Source: Vicinamibacteria bacterium
GTDB taxonomy: Bacteria > Acidobacteriota > Vicinamibacteria > Fen-336 > JAGNNV01
Assembly: GCA_031364765.1 (NCBI GenBank)
Contig: JANLWV010000299.1
Location: forward strand, 1 to 34,677
Length of the DNA: 34,677 nucleotides
Reading direction: 5' to 3'
The notes under the pieces: generated by a model
What the model saw: only the letters and a program-made list of their open reading frames with translations
The model's database searches: none
Told to the model about the DNA's origin: nothing
Made by a program: the position numbers and the translations under genes
Shown: positions 1 through 9,254 of the stretch, in pieces
Numbering within the stretch: the stretch's first letter is position 1
How the letters are laid out: each line of letters begins with the position of its first letter

Positions 1-189
1 GACTGCGTCGAAGGCAAGGTCTCAGGCGAGCAGAAGGAACGACTCATGGAGGCCTTCGAAGCGAACCGCACGAAGTGGAGGGCCCTCGCAACCATGCGCG
101 AGGGCGCGATCGCGCTGGGTCTTGCCTGTCGCGCCGCCGCCCAGAAGTCGCGTGAAGAACTCACGGTCGACTACGGCTGCAACTTCTAG
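1..189 (+). CDS. hypothetical protein, C-terminal fragment (gene begins left of the window)
   Basis: Frame 1 is open from the window edge to TAG at 187-189. Third codon positions are almost all G/C, as in the confident genes. The tail ...REGAIALGLACRAAAQKSREELTVDYGCNF* is not recognised as any family. Confidence 0.35.
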   Translation, partial: DCVEGKVSGEQKERLMEAFEANRTKWRALATMREGAIALGLACRAAAQKSREELTVDYGCNF

Positions 190-205
190 GCTCGAGCGCG
201 CGCGG

Positions 206-390
206 CTAGGCAGCCTCTTCGATCGCCTCTGAGAGCTTGTTCGCGATCTCGGCGATCTGGGCCTTTTCGATGATCAGGGGTGGAGACAAAGCGATGATGT
301 TGCCGGTGGTGCGGGTGAGCAGGCCCTTCTTGAACCCTCTCACAAACACATCGTACGCGCGCGCGCCGACCTTCCCCGGGATCGACTGCG
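206..390 (-). pseudogene. relic of a class-III (omega-type) PLP aminotransferase; only about the last 60 codons survive
   Basis: My own minus-strand translation gives ...SIPGKVGARAYDVFVRGFKKGLLTRTTGNIIALSPPLIIEKAQIAEIANKLSEAIEEAA* (stop = cta at 206-208). The LSPPLII segment followed by an acidic helix is the conserved C-terminus of class-III aminotransferases. Upstream, the frame runs into the intact hydrolase gene (stop 391-393) and hits an in-frame stop at 449-451 with no start codon. Confidence 0.6.
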
Positions 391-942
391 CTATTTGAAA
401 AACGGAAGGAGGGACTTGAAGGCGCGCGAGCCGGACGCGCCCAGCAGCTCATAAATGGCCATCTCGGTGGATGAAAGAATGGCGCCCGCGCCCTCCAGAC
501 GACGACAACCGAGCTCGGCGTTGGGAGCGGCGCGCGAGCCGGTGGCGTCGACGACGAGGTGGACGGCGTACCCGGCGGCGAGGGCGTCAACTCCGGTCTG
601 GAGCACACAGATGTGGGACTCGACGCCGCACAGGAGCAGAGTCTTCCGGCCCGTGGCTGCGAGGGCCTGCGCGAACTCCTGGGAGCCAAGGCAACTGAAC
701 GTGAGCTTGTCGAAGGGCGCTGCCTTGGGCGCCAGCGCCGCGACATCCGCGTGGGTGGGGCCGAGGCCGTTCGCGTACTGCGTGGTCATGAGGACCGGGA
801 GCTCCAGAATCCCCGCGGCACGCAGGAGAAGACGAGTGTTCGCGACGATGCGCTCGTGTTCATGAATGGCGGGCAGGAGCCGATCCTGCATGTCCACTAC
901 GACCAGGGCCGTGTCGGCGCAGGTGAGGCGCCCCAGGCTCAC
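391..942 (-). CDS. isochorismatase-family cysteine hydrolase
   Basis: 183 aa. Family pattern VVVDMQ (Asp), FDKLTFS (Lys) and LLLCGVESHICV (Cys). GTG start overlaps the upstream gene's stop (GTGA at 939-942). Confidence 0.85.
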   Translation of the reverse strand: MSLGRLTCADTALVVVDMQDRLLPAIHEHERIVANTRLLLRAAGILELPVLMTTQYANGLGPTHADVAALAPKAAPFDKLTFSCLGSQEFAQALAATGRKTLLLCGVESHICVLQTGVDALAAGYAVHLVVDATGSRAAPNAELGCRRLEGAGAILSSTEMAIYELLGASGSRAFKSLLPFFK

Positions 943-1634
943 CGCTGTGCCCAGGGCCGCGTGGATGCCCAGGCCTCGATCGGGGCCTGAAGGTCATCGA
1001 GCCGTCCGGTGAAGAAATGATCGGCGCCTTCGATCACTTCGAGCCTCTTTGGTTCAGGCAGCGGCGCCACCAGTTTTCGGATGGCGTGTCCGGGCCCGAA
1101 CTCGTCTTCGCTCCCCTGCACGAAGAGGCGCGGCTGGAGGACCTGCTCAAGGTCATGGGTCGAAGCGAGTCGCGTAATGGGGAAGCCGAGGATCAGGACG
1201 GCCTTCACTCGATCGTCGGTCATCGCGACCTTGGCCGCCATGGCGGAACCAAAAGAGAATCCGCCGAGAAGAAGGGGAAGGCGGGGGAAGCGGGTTTCGA
1301 TTTCCGACATCGCCGCCCGTGCATCCTCCTGCTCGCCGACCCCATGGTCGTGCGCGCCCTCGCTGCGTCCCACGCCTCGAAAGTTAAACCTCAAGACGGC
1401 GACACCCTGGTTCTGGAGGCCTTTGGCCGTGCGGAAGATGACCTTGTAGTGCATCATGCCGCCGTGTTGGGGGTGGGCATGGCAGATCACGGCCACCGCC
1501 TCGGGAGGCACGCTTTCGGGAGGAAGATTGAGGATCGCCTCGATGCGGCCGGCGGGGCCCTGAAAGTCGAACGTCTCGGTCTCTTTGAAAAAGTTCATCG
1601 GATGCGCCGTCGCGGCGCGGGCCGGCGTTGACAC
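939..1634 (-). CDS. alpha/beta-fold hydrolase (COG2945-like)
   Basis: 231 aa. ICHAHPQHGGMMHYKV, LRFNFRGVGRSEG and the nucleophile elbow GGFSFG. GTG start at 1634 is preceded by GAGGGGG; an alternative ATG is at 1598. Confidence 0.8.
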   Translation of the reverse strand: MSTPARAATAHPMNFFKETETFDFQGPAGRIEAILNLPPESVPPEAVAVICHAHPQHGGMMHYKVIFRTAKGLQNQGVAVLRFNFRGVGRSEGAHDHGVGEQEDARAAMSEIETRFPRLPLLLGGFSFGSAMAAKVAMTDDRVKAVLILGFPITRLASTHDLEQVLQPRLFVQGSEDEFGPGHAIRKLVAPLPEPKRLEVIEGADHFFTGRLDDLQAPIEAWASTRPWAQR

Positions 1635-1647
1635 GCGGATCGCCCCC

Positions 1648-2160
1648 TCACTCGGCCTCGGGCGCGGTCACGGATCCGCTGGGCGCGCTGAGTTCGAGCC
1701 CGCATTCGGGGCAGCCGCCGCTGAAGTTTTCGGGCAGCCGGGTTTCACACGCCGGACAGTTCGAGTAACGCCCGGCCGCCGCATCGAAGGTGGGATGGGG
1801 CGCGTCGTCTTCATCGGCAAACGCCGCGTGCAGAGCGGCCTGGGCCTCGGCCAGGGCATCGGGCCTTACGAGGAGGATGTATCGACCGTTCTGGACGAGG
1901 ACCCGCGAGGGCAATTCCGCGTCCGCGAAGGCCGAGATCGCCGGCTCGAGGTCGCTGAGCGAGTCGAAGGTTCGGACGGGAAGCAGGGCGGAAACCGGCG
2001 TCGAGTCGAGCGCGGTCCGCCACCCAGTCTCCGAAAGAGGTCCGCCGCGATTCCTCCCCTTGAGGCCTTCCCGCTGGAGGACCAGCGCGCCTCCGCAATC
2101 CGAGCAGATTGTAATTCCAGGAAGAAACTCGTCGTCGCAGGCCGCGCAGTACCGAACCAT
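1648..2160 (-). CDS. hypothetical protein with N- and C-terminal zinc-ribbon motifs
   Basis: The listed ORF 1648..2523 overlaps the GNAT gene. The plausible start is ATG at 2158-2160 (MVRYCAACDDEF...CSDCGG), giving 170 aa. A second ribbon is near the C-terminus (CPACETRL...CPECG). The middle part is not recognised. Confidence 0.6.
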   Translation of the reverse strand: MVRYCAACDDEFLPGITICSDCGGALVLQREGLKGRNRGGPLSETGWRTALDSTPVSALLPVRTFDSLSDLEPAISAFADAELPSRVLVQNGRYILLVRPDALAEAQAALHAAFADEDDAPHPTFDAAAGRYSNCPACETRLPENFSGGCPECGLELSAPSGSVTAPEAE

Positions 2161-2275
2161 CTCCACAGACCCGAGATTAGCAAAGAAAAAGCAACCGCTC
2201 CGGGGTTCGAGGCCGCTGGCGAGCGACTGAACCGCCGAAGCGGTGGTCCGACCGGGTTGAAAGGAGGGTTTGCGG

Positions 2276-2680
2276 TTACGCGGCGTTCCGAATGTAGAAC
2301 TGACTGGCGTTCTTCGGCTGGGGCTTGGTCTCCGTCGGCTGAAGGACGACCTTGCGGGCGCCCATGGCTCGGGCCTTACGGGCCGTCGCTTTGAGCAGGG
2401 CCCTCTCCGCAGCGCGCCGGTGGGACCCTTCGGTAACAATGAATTCGTCGAGGCTGGCGAGGGTTCCACCGAGACCGAGCTGTGGCCGGAAGGAAAGGGC
2501 GGCAAGGCCAACGAGCTTGCCATCAGACTCGGCCACGCGCACCAGAAAATCCGGATCGTTTAATGTCTTGCGGAACGTATTGGCGAAGCCAAGAGGCTCC
2601 GGGAAATAGCCCTTGTGTTCAAGAAGGGTGAGGATGCCGACACCGTCGGATAGAAATGCAGGGCGGACGCTAACGGGCAT
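2276..2680 (-). CDS. GNAT-family N-acetyltransferase
   Basis: ATG at 2678-2680 (MPVSVRPAFL...) is preceded by GAAAGGAG. An acetyl-CoA-binding-like segment is LDEFIVTEGSHRRAAERALLKATARKARAMGARKVVL. 134 aa. Confidence 0.75.
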   Translation of the reverse strand: MPVSVRPAFLSDGVGILTLLEHKGYFPEPLGFANTFRKTLNDPDFLVRVAESDGKLVGLAALSFRPQLGLGGTLASLDEFIVTEGSHRRAAERALLKATARKARAMGARKVVLQPTETKPQPKNASQFYIRNAA

Positions 2681-2772
2681 AGTGGTACTCCTTTCAGTTG
2701 GCGGCGGGTGTGGCAACAGCACCACACTCGGAGGATGTACGATTCCACCAGATCATCCTCGGGTCACATTCT

Positions 2773-2788
2773 AGCAAAACAGGTGCCA
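2773..2788 (-). promoter_or_regulatory. sigma54-type -24/-12 promoter candidate (TGGCACctgttTTGCT)
   Basis: The minus strand reads TGGCAC-N5-TTGCT with exact GG-N10-GC spacing. It lies in the 174-nt gap after the Rrf2 gene, about 90 nt upstream of the GNAT ATG. It overlaps TGcTAGAAT, which could alternatively be an extended -10 element. Confidence 0.45.
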
Positions 2789-2854
2789 TAAAACTGGCAG
2801 GAATTACATTGCGATTAGGGTCACGGCGCGAACCGGTTTCGGGAGCCATAACTC

Positions 2855-3331
2855 TCAGGAAACCTGCACAATTGGGAGGGATACACGCTTCGCGCGCTCG
2901 GGCACACTGACTTCCGATTCCTCTACTAGGAGGTCGGCGAGGGTCAGGCGACTGAGTACATCGTCCACAGCTCTTTGGACGAGTCTCCAAACCGAACGGA
3001 CGGAACAGTCGGAGTTATGACCACAACCCCGTGTTGCGCTCGAGTGACGACCACAAAACCCTGAATCAAAAATCCGACCGCCCAGGCAGGCAAGCACCTC
3101 TCCGACATTGATCTCATTCGCCTTTCGAGCGAGGGCATAGCCGCCTGATTGCCCCCGGAGGGCAACCACGTAGCCGCTCCGTTTCAGGACCCGAAGCAGC
3201 TTCGCCACGTTCGGCCCGGAGATCCGTTCCGCCTCCGCGATCTGCGGAATGGTGAGCGAAGTCCCGGGCGTCGCTCGGGCGAGGGTGAGCAGGCACCTAA
3301 GGCCGTATTCTTCCTGAGCTGAGAGTTTCAT
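2855..3331 (-). CDS. Rrf2-family (IscR-like) Fe-S-binding transcriptional regulator
   Basis: 158 aa. Winged-helix segment LTIPQIAEAERISGPNVAKLLRVLKRSGYV and a Cys triad FCGRHSSATRGCGHNSDC (C-x9-C-x5-C). AAGGAA lies 7 nt upstream of the ATG, and the gene starts 14 nt after the sufT stop. Confidence 0.85.
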   Translation of the reverse strand: MKLSAQEEYGLRCLLTLARATPGTSLTIPQIAEAERISGPNVAKLLRVLKRSGYVVALRGQSGGYALARKANEINVGEVLACLGGRIFDSGFCGRHSSATRGCGHNSDCSVRSVWRLVQRAVDDVLSRLTLADLLVEESEVSVPERAKRVSLPIVQVS

Positions 3332-3345
3332 CGTGGGTTGGTTCC

Positions 3346-3900
3346 TTACATCAGACCAAGTTGAAGCCGAGCGGCGTCACTCATGAGGTCCTGCGTCCAG
3401 GGCGGATCGAACGTGACGTCCACATCCGACTGAACGACCATGGGCAGTTCGTTGACCTTCCGGACGATGTCCTGCTTGAGAATGTCACCCATCCCGCAAC
3501 CCGGCGCGGTGAGCGCGAACCGAACGGTGACCTTCTTTCCCGCGGGCGTCCCGTCCTGAGCCTCAACTTGCGAGACATTCACCGAATAGACGAGTCCGAG
3601 ATCCACGATATTCACCGGTATTTCGGGGTCGTAGCAGGTCTTGAGCCGGTCCCAGACCACTTGGTCGAGAGGCTTTTCACCGATGTCCTCGGCCGTGGGT
3701 GCCTCGTCGACCTTCTCGCCAATGGCGTCTGCGTCCTTGGCGTCGATCCGCACCATATAGCCCATTTCGGTCACGCAGGTGTGCGAGCCACCGAGCGACT
3801 GCGTGAGGTAGACGGTCTCGCCGGCCTTCAGTTCGTGGGGCGTTCCGTAGGGAACCAGCGCTCCGAAAATGTCGCGTGAGACGGTGCGTGGCTCTCGCAT
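3346..3900 (-). CDS. sufT: Fe-S cluster assembly protein SufT (long form, DUF59 C-terminal domain)
   Basis: 184 aa. N-terminal SufT-type segment GETVYLTQSLGGSHTCVTEMGYMVRIDAKDADAIG, plus DUF59 motifs CYDPEIPVNIVDLGLVY and TAPGCGMG. Confidence 0.8.
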   Translation of the reverse strand: MREPRTVSRDIFGALVPYGTPHELKAGETVYLTQSLGGSHTCVTEMGYMVRIDAKDADAIGEKVDEAPTAEDIGEKPLDQVVWDRLKTCYDPEIPVNIVDLGLVYSVNVSQVEAQDGTPAGKKVTVRFALTAPGCGMGDILKQDIVRKVNELPMVVQSDVDVTFDPPWTQDLMSDAARLQLGLM

Positions 3901-3903
3901 CGG

Positions 3904-4383
3904 TTACTCGGTGCTCACCGATTTTTGAGCGGTGGCTGGGGTCTCGGTCAGCGCGGCCCTGAGCGCGTGCCAGGCGAGAGTTGCGCATTTCACTCGGGCC
4001 GGAAACTCAGCGACACCGGAAAACACGGCGAGCTTGCCGAGTTCGGGCACGGCCCGATGCGACGCCTCGCCGGGTGCTGCGGTGATCATGTCGTGGAACA
4101 GGCCGAACGTGGTCAGCGCCTCGTCGCGCGTCTTGCCGCGGACGAAATCGGTCAGGATCGAGGCTGACGCGGTTGATATCGCGCAGCCCTGCCCCAAGTA
4201 GGCGGCATCGGTGATCTTCAGGCCCGGCGGATCCAGGGCCAGGTACAGTGTCCCGCGATCTCCGCAAAGCGGGTTGTACGCAGGCTGGATGCGCGTCGCG
4301 CCCTCGATCACGCGGGCGTTCCGGGGCTTCTTGCCATGGTCCAGGATGACATCCTGGTACAGGTCGCGCAGGTCCGACGTCAC
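3904..4383 (-). CDS. sufU: SUF-system NifU/IscU-like scaffold SufU
   Basis: 159 aa. Three Cys ligand motifs: NPLCGD, GQGCAIS and KCATLAW. GTG start overlaps the sufS stop (GTGA). Confidence 0.85.
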   Translation of the reverse strand: MTSDLRDLYQDVILDHGKKPRNARVIEGATRIQPAYNPLCGDRGTLYLALDPPGLKITDAAYLGQGCAISTASASILTDFVRGKTRDEALTTFGLFHDMITAAPGEASHRAVPELGKLAVFSGVAEFPARVKCATLAWHALRAALTETPATAQKSVSTE

Positions 4384-5684
4384 GCGAACATCTCCTGCAC
4401 TTTCCGGATGCCCCGCACCAGAACATCGATGTCCTCCCGTGAGTTGTAGACCCCCAGGGACGCTCGGATGGTAGCCGGAACGTTGAAACGATCCATGACC
4501 GGCTGGGCGCAGTGATGTCCGGTCCGCACCGCGACCCCTTCGTAGTCAAGGATGGAGCCGGCATCGTGGGGATGGACCCCGTCGATGACGAACGAGAGGA
4601 CCGAGGCTTTGTGTGCCGCGGTGCCGATCAGGCGGACGCCGGGGATCGAGGAAAGCGCCCCGGCGCCGTAAGCGAGAAGATCTCCTTCCGCCGCCGCCAC
4701 CGCCCCCATGTCGAGTTTTGTCAGGTACTCGATGGCGGCGCCGAAGGCGATGGTGCCCGCGATGTTCGGCGTTCCCGCTTCGAACTTGAACGGCGTTTCG
4801 TTGTACGTGGTCTTCTCGAAAGACACGGAGAGAATCATGTCGCCGCCGCCCTGCCAGGGGGGCATCGCGTCGAGCAGAGCCTTGCGGCCCCACAGCGCTC
4901 CAATTCCGGACGGCCCGTAAACCTTGTGGGCGGAGAAGCAGTAGAAGTCGCAGCCGATGGCCTTGACGTCCACCGCCATGTGGGGGACGCCCTGGGCGCC
5001 GTCGATCAGAACCACCGCGCCCTTCGCCCGTTCCCGGGTGAGCGAGGTCATCCGTGCGACATCGTTGACGGTTCCGAGGGCGTTGCTGACGTGCGCAAAC
5101 GCGACGATCCTGGTGCGCGCCGAGAGCAGGGCCTCAAACGCGGCCAGGTCGACTTCGCCCGCGTCGTTGATGGGCGCCACGACCAGCTGCGCGCCCTTCT
5201 CGTCACACAACATCTGCCAAGGCACGATGTTTGCGTGGTGCTCGAGAGCGGTGATCAGGACTTCGTCGTCCTTCTTGACGTTCACGCGGCCGTACGTCTG
5301 GGCCACGAGATTGATGGCTTCGGTGGTGCCCCTCAGGAAGACGATTTCCTTAACCGACGGCGCTCCCACAAAACGCGCCACCTGACCCCTCACCGCCTCG
5401 TAGGCGTCGCTCGCACGCATGGACAGGTCGTGCACGCCGCGATGAACGTTCGCGTACATCTCTTCGTAGACGCGCCGTTCGGCGTCGATGACCACGCGGG
5501 GCTTCTGCGCCGAAGCCGCGGAGTCGAGGTACACCAGCGGCCGGCCGTGAACCCTGGTGCTCAAAATGGGGAAATCGGCCCGGATCGCGTTCACATCCCA
5601 AAGACGGGGAGCCGCAGCGACGACGGTTTCCACGGTCGAAGCATCGAGCGGCGTGGCCACGGCCGCCGCGGTCAGGATCTTCAC
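4380..5684 (-). CDS. sufS: cysteine desulfurase SufS (class V PLP enzyme)
   Basis: FPIL...LVYLDSAASAQKP, PLP-lysine context FSAHKVYGPSGIGAL, and catalytic loop RTGHHCAQP. The listed ORF reaches 5888 but that stretch overlaps sufD. GTG at 5682-5684 overlaps the sufD stop (GTGA), giving 434 aa; the exact start is uncertain. Confidence 0.85.
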   Translation of the reverse strand: MKILTAAAVATPLDASTVETVVAAAPRLWDVNAIRADFPILSTRVHGRPLVYLDSAASAQKPRVVIDAERRVYEEMYANVHRGVHDLSMRASDAYEAVRGQVARFVGAPSVKEIVFLRGTTEAINLVAQTYGRVNVKKDDEVLITALEHHANIVPWQMLCDEKGAQLVVAPINDAGEVDLAAFEALLSARTRIVAFAHVSNALGTVNDVARMTSLTRERAKGAVVLIDGAQGVPHMAVDVKAIGCDFYCFSAHKVYGPSGIGALWGRKALLDAMPPWQGGGDMILSVSFEKTTYNETPFKFEAGTPNIAGTIAFGAAIEYLTKLDMGAVAAAEGDLLAYGAGALSSIPGVRLIGTAAHKASVLSFVIDGVHPHDAGSILDYEGVAVRTGHHCAQPVMDRFNVPATIRASLGVYNSREDIDVLVRGIRKVQEMFA

Positions 5685-6991
5685 GCCGCCACTCCCAGTT
5701 GTTCCAGGCTCGGCGCGATCTGCGCTTCCACCAGATCCCGAGTGGATGCAATCTCGACCCGCGAAACGATCTCGGCCGCGAAGGCCCGGGTGAGCATGCG
5801 CGTGGCGTCCTGCAGATCGATCCCGCGCGAGCGGAGGTAGAAAAGCTGCGCCTGATCGATCTGGCCGGTGGCGCTTCCGTGTTTGCACTTCACGTCGTCG
5901 GTGAGGATCTCGAGCGCCGGCGTCGAGTGAACCTGCGCTCGCTTCGACAAGAGCATGTTCTTATTGCTCTGCGTGGCGTCCGTACCGCGCGCTTCCGGCT
6001 CGACTCGGATCTGGCCGTGGAAGACGCCTCGCGCCTCGTCCGCGGCGAGCCCGCGATAGTTCTGCCGGCTGACCGTTCCTGGGGCTTCATGGGACAGGAT
6101 GGTGTGGATATCGCTGACCTGAGCCCCGCGGGCCAAAAAAACCCCGCCCAGATCCGCGGTTGCGCGCTCACCGTTGAGCACGATGTCGATTTCCGACCGC
6201 GTCCAGGAAGGCCCGGTCTGCAGGAGGGTGTCGTTCAGGACTGAGTGGGCGCCGAGGGTCGCCGAAAGGGCGTCGAAGTGAGGCACGCCAGCGGGCGTTT
6301 CATGGATACGCACGAGGTCCAATCGGGAGCGCTCGGCCATCGAGATGGTGGTGTGGTTGTTCGCGAAGCCCTTGGCCTCCGGCGCGCCGATGACCGCGAC
6401 CATCAGCCGAAGACTGGCGCCACGGCCGACATGTACCAGATTGCGCACGTGCTGAGCGACCGGCTGCTCGGTGGACGTGGAGACCACCACGACCCGCACT
6501 TCGAGCGGAACCTGAACGCCGTCCTCGACCATTACAAAGGCTCCGTCGCGGAAGGCGGCGGTGTTGAGGTCGTGCATCGCGCCCTCGTCTTTGCTCCTGT
6601 TCGCAAACCACGGCCGCAGATCTCCCGGCTTCATGGCCAGCAGACGAGCCATCGGGGCCAGTCGAAGGCCCTTCGGCCATGACGCCTCGGACGAGGACAG
6701 GGTCACCGAATGAAACCCGTCGACGAACACCAATGTGATCGGATCGCCGGCGCTGAAGGGCGCGGCCGCCGCCCGCGCCTCGTCGACGGCGGACTCGAAT
6801 CCAGGGAAGAAGGCGTCCGTCCCAAGATCAGGCAGGGGAGTGGTGCGCCAGGCCTCGAGTCTCGTCGTCGGCAAGCCGGCGGAAGTAAACCGGGCGATCG
6901 CCGCCTTTCGCGTATCGGTCAGCCAGGACGGCCCCGGCCAGTTCGGAACCGCCGAGGCAATCTCAGAAAACGGAGCGGTCTCCCGAGCCAT
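5681..6991 (-). CDS. sufD: Fe-S cluster assembly protein SufD
   Basis: SufB/SufD-family C-terminus ...KCKHGSATGQIDQAQLFYLRSRGI. ATG at 6989-6991 overlaps the sufC stop by 1 nt (TGATG). 436 aa. Confidence 0.85.
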   Translation of the reverse strand: MARETAPFSEIASAVPNWPGPSWLTDTRKAAIARFTSAGLPTTRLEAWRTTPLPDLGTDAFFPGFESAVDEARAAAAPFSAGDPITLVFVDGFHSVTLSSSEASWPKGLRLAPMARLLAMKPGDLRPWFANRSKDEGAMHDLNTAAFRDGAFVMVEDGVQVPLEVRVVVVSTSTEQPVAQHVRNLVHVGRGASLRLMVAVIGAPEAKGFANNHTTISMAERSRLDLVRIHETPAGVPHFDALSATLGAHSVLNDTLLQTGPSWTRSEIDIVLNGERATADLGGVFLARGAQVSDIHTILSHEAPGTVSRQNYRGLAADEARGVFHGQIRVEPEARGTDATQSNKNMLLSKRAQVHSTPALEILTDDVKCKHGSATGQIDQAQLFYLRSRGIDLQDATRMLTRAFAAEIVSRVEIASTRDLVEAQIAPSLEQLGVAA

Positions 6992-7749
6992 CAGTGCACC
7001 CTCGCAGGTTCCTTCTCCAGCCACTCGTAGCCTTTGGAGTCCAGTTCGAGAGCCAGCTCCTTGCCGCCCGACAAAGCGATCTTCCCGTCGATGAGGACGT
7101 GCACAAAGTCCGGCACGATGTACTCCAGGAGGCGCTGATAGTGGGTGACGATGATCATGGCTCGATCCTCGGACCGGAGCTTGTTCACACCCGCAGCCAC
7201 CACGCGCAGCGCGTCGATGTCGAGGCCGGAGTCGGTCTCGTCGAGGATGGCGAGTGAAGGGTCGAGCACGGCCATCTGGAAGATCTCGTTCCGCTTCTTC
7301 TCCCCGCCCGAGAAACCCTCGTTGACGTTCCGCTTCACCAGGGCCTCGTCCATGTCCACGAGCTTCGCCTTCTCCGTGGCCACGGCCAGGAAGTCGATCG
7401 CGTCCATGTCGGGCTCGCCGCGGTGCTTTCGGATCGCGTTCAAGGCAGACCTCAGGAAGTAGAGATTCGAAACTCCGGGCAGCTCCACCGGGTACTGGTA
7501 CGCGAGGAACATTCCCTCGCGCGCCCGAAGCTCGGGCGACATGTCGAAGAGCGGGGAACTCTTGTAGAGGACCTCGCCGCCGGTGACGGCGTAGCCTGGA
7601 CGTCCGGCCAGAACATGCGCGAGAGTGCTTTTCCCGGAGCCGTTCGGTCCCATGATGGCGTGGACTTCGCCGCCGTTCACATTGAGCGAGAGACCCTTGA
7701 GAATCGCCTTGCCGCCCGCGTCGGCGTGGAGATCGGTGATGCGCAGCAT
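6991..7749 (-). CDS. sufC: Fe-S cluster assembly ATPase SufC
   Basis: Walker A GPNGSGKST, ABC signature FSGGEKKRNEI, Walker B LAILDETDSGLD. ATG at 7747-7749 (MLRITDLHA) matches the usual SufC N-terminus; the listed ORF start at 7761 is a TTG. Confidence 0.9.
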   Translation of the reverse strand: MLRITDLHADAGGKAILKGLSLNVNGGEVHAIMGPNGSGKSTLAHVLAGRPGYAVTGGEVLYKSSPLFDMSPELRAREGMFLAYQYPVELPGVSNLYFLRSALNAIRKHRGEPDMDAIDFLAVATEKAKLVDMDEALVKRNVNEGFSGGEKKRNEIFQMAVLDPSLAILDETDSGLDIDALRVVAAGVNKLRSEDRAMIIVTHYQRLLEYIVPDFVHVLIDGKIALSGGKELALELDSKGYEWLEKEPARVH

Positions 7750-7753
7750 GGGA

Positions 7754-9235
7754 TCAGCCAACGGAACCTTCGAGGCTCAGGCCGAGGAGCTTCTGCGCTT
7801 CCACCGCGAACTCCATCGGCAGTTCCTTGATGACTTCCTTGCAGAAACCGTTCACGATCATCGACACCGCGTCCTCGGCGGAAAGCCCGCGGCTCTGAAA
7901 ATAGAAAATCTGGTCGTCGCTGATCTTCGACGTGGTCGCCTCGTGCTCCATCTGGGCCGTGGAGTTCTGAACATCGATGTAGGGGAAGGTGTGCGCCTCG
8001 CAGTTCGATCCGAGGAGCAGGGAATCGCATTGCGAGTAGTTCCGCGCGCCCTCGGCGTTCTTCGTGATCTTCACCAGACCGCGATACGTGTTCTGGCCGT
8101 GGCCCGCGGAGATGCCCTTGGAGACGATTGTTGAGCGGGTGTTCTTCCCGAGGTGGATCATCTTGGTCCCGGTATCCGCCTGCTGATAGTTGTTCGCGAG
8201 CGCCACTGAATAGAACTCGCCGACCGAATCGTCGCCCTGCAGAATGCAGCTTGGGTACTTCCAGGTGATGGCCGAACCTGTCTCGACCTGGGTCCAGGAG
8301 ATCTTCGACTTGTTCCCGCGGCAAGCTCCGCGCTTGGTGACGAAGTTGTAGATCCCGCCCTTGCCGTCCTTGTCGCCGGGGTACCAGTTCTGCACGGTCG
8401 AATATTTGATCCGCGCGTTTTCGTGGGCGATGAGTTCGACCACGGCCGCGTGAAGCTGGTTCTCGTCACGCATGGGCGCGGTGCAGCCTTCGAGGTAGCT
8501 CACTGCCGCATCGTCGTCGGCGATGATCAAGGTGCGCTCGAACTGGCCGGTGTTCCTGGCGTTGATCCGGAAGTAGGTCGAAAGCTCCATCGGGCACTTC
8601 ACACCCTTGGGGATGTAACAGAACGACCCGTCCGAAAAGACCGCCGAGTTGAGTGCGGCGTAGAAGTTGTCCGAGTAGGGAACCACCGACCCCAGATACT
8701 TTCGGACCAGGTCAGGGTGCTCCCGAACCGCTTCGGAAAACGAACCGAAGATCACGCCCACTTCGTGGAGCTTGTCCTTGAACGTGGTGGCGACCGATAC
8801 CGAGTCGAAGACGGCGTCCACCGCAACACCGGCCAGAGCCGCCCGCTCATGAAGCGGAACTCCCAGCTTTTCATAGGTTTCGAGGAGCTTGGGGTCGACC
8901 TCAGCCAGGCTCTTGGGCCCGCCCCCTTTCTGTTTCGGCGACGAGTAGTAGACGATCGATTGAAAGTCGATCGGGGGATAGTGCACCCGGGCCCACTTGG
9001 GCACCGGCATCGTCTGCCAGTGGCGGAAGGCCTTCAGCCTGAAGTCGAGGAGCCATTCGGGCTCGCCCTTCTTGGCCGAAATGAGCCGAACCACATCCTC
9101 GGAAAGCCCCGCCGGAATGGCGTCGGAGTCGATATCGGTCACGAAACCAGCGGCATAATCCGCGCTGGTCAGGTCGGCCAGAATCCGGTTCGACTGGGTC
9201 ATCGGCTGAGTCGTGGGCTGGGCTGTTTCGGTCAT
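7754..9235 (-). CDS. sufB: Fe-S cluster assembly scaffold SufB
   Basis: 493 aa. [29 protein letters not shown] and [25 protein letters not shown] are typical SufB segments. Confidence 0.9.
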   Translation of the reverse strand: MTETAQPTTQPMTQSNRILADLTSADYAAGFVTDIDSDAIPAGLSEDVVRLISAKKGEPEWLLDFRLKAFRHWQTMPVPKWARVHYPPIDFQSIVYYSSPKQKGGGPKSLAEVDPKLLETYEKLGVPLHERAALAGVAVDAVFDSVSVATTFKDKLHEVGVIFGSFSEAVREHPDLVRKYLGSVVPYSDNFYAALNSAVFSDGSFCYIPKGVKCPMELSTYFRINARNTGQFERTLIIADDDAAVSYLEGCTAPMRDENQLHAAVVELIAHENARIKYSTVQNWYPGDKDGKGGIYNFVTKRGACRGNKSKISWTQVETGSAITWKYPSCILQGDDSVGEFYSVALANNYQQADTGTKMIHLGKNTRSTIVSKGISAGHGQNTYRGLVKITKNAEGARNYSQCDSLLLGSNCEAHTFPYIDVQNSTAQMEHEATTSKISDDQIFYFQSRGLSAEDAVSMIVNGFCKEVIKELPMEFAVEAQKLLGLSLEGSVG

Positions 9236-9254
9236 GGTGGCTCGTCCGACCGCG

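Noticed and set aside
4512-5840. 442-aa plus-strand ORF, and similar long antisense ORFs at 22870..23880, 24722..25678, 25978..27045, 30111..31097, 32743..34140 and 33747..34664
   Set aside because: All lie opposite genes with strong family signatures (sufS, nuoEF, nuoH, nuoJ/K/L, nuoN, clp, bamA). All have Arg/Gly/Asp/His-rich, motif-free translations.
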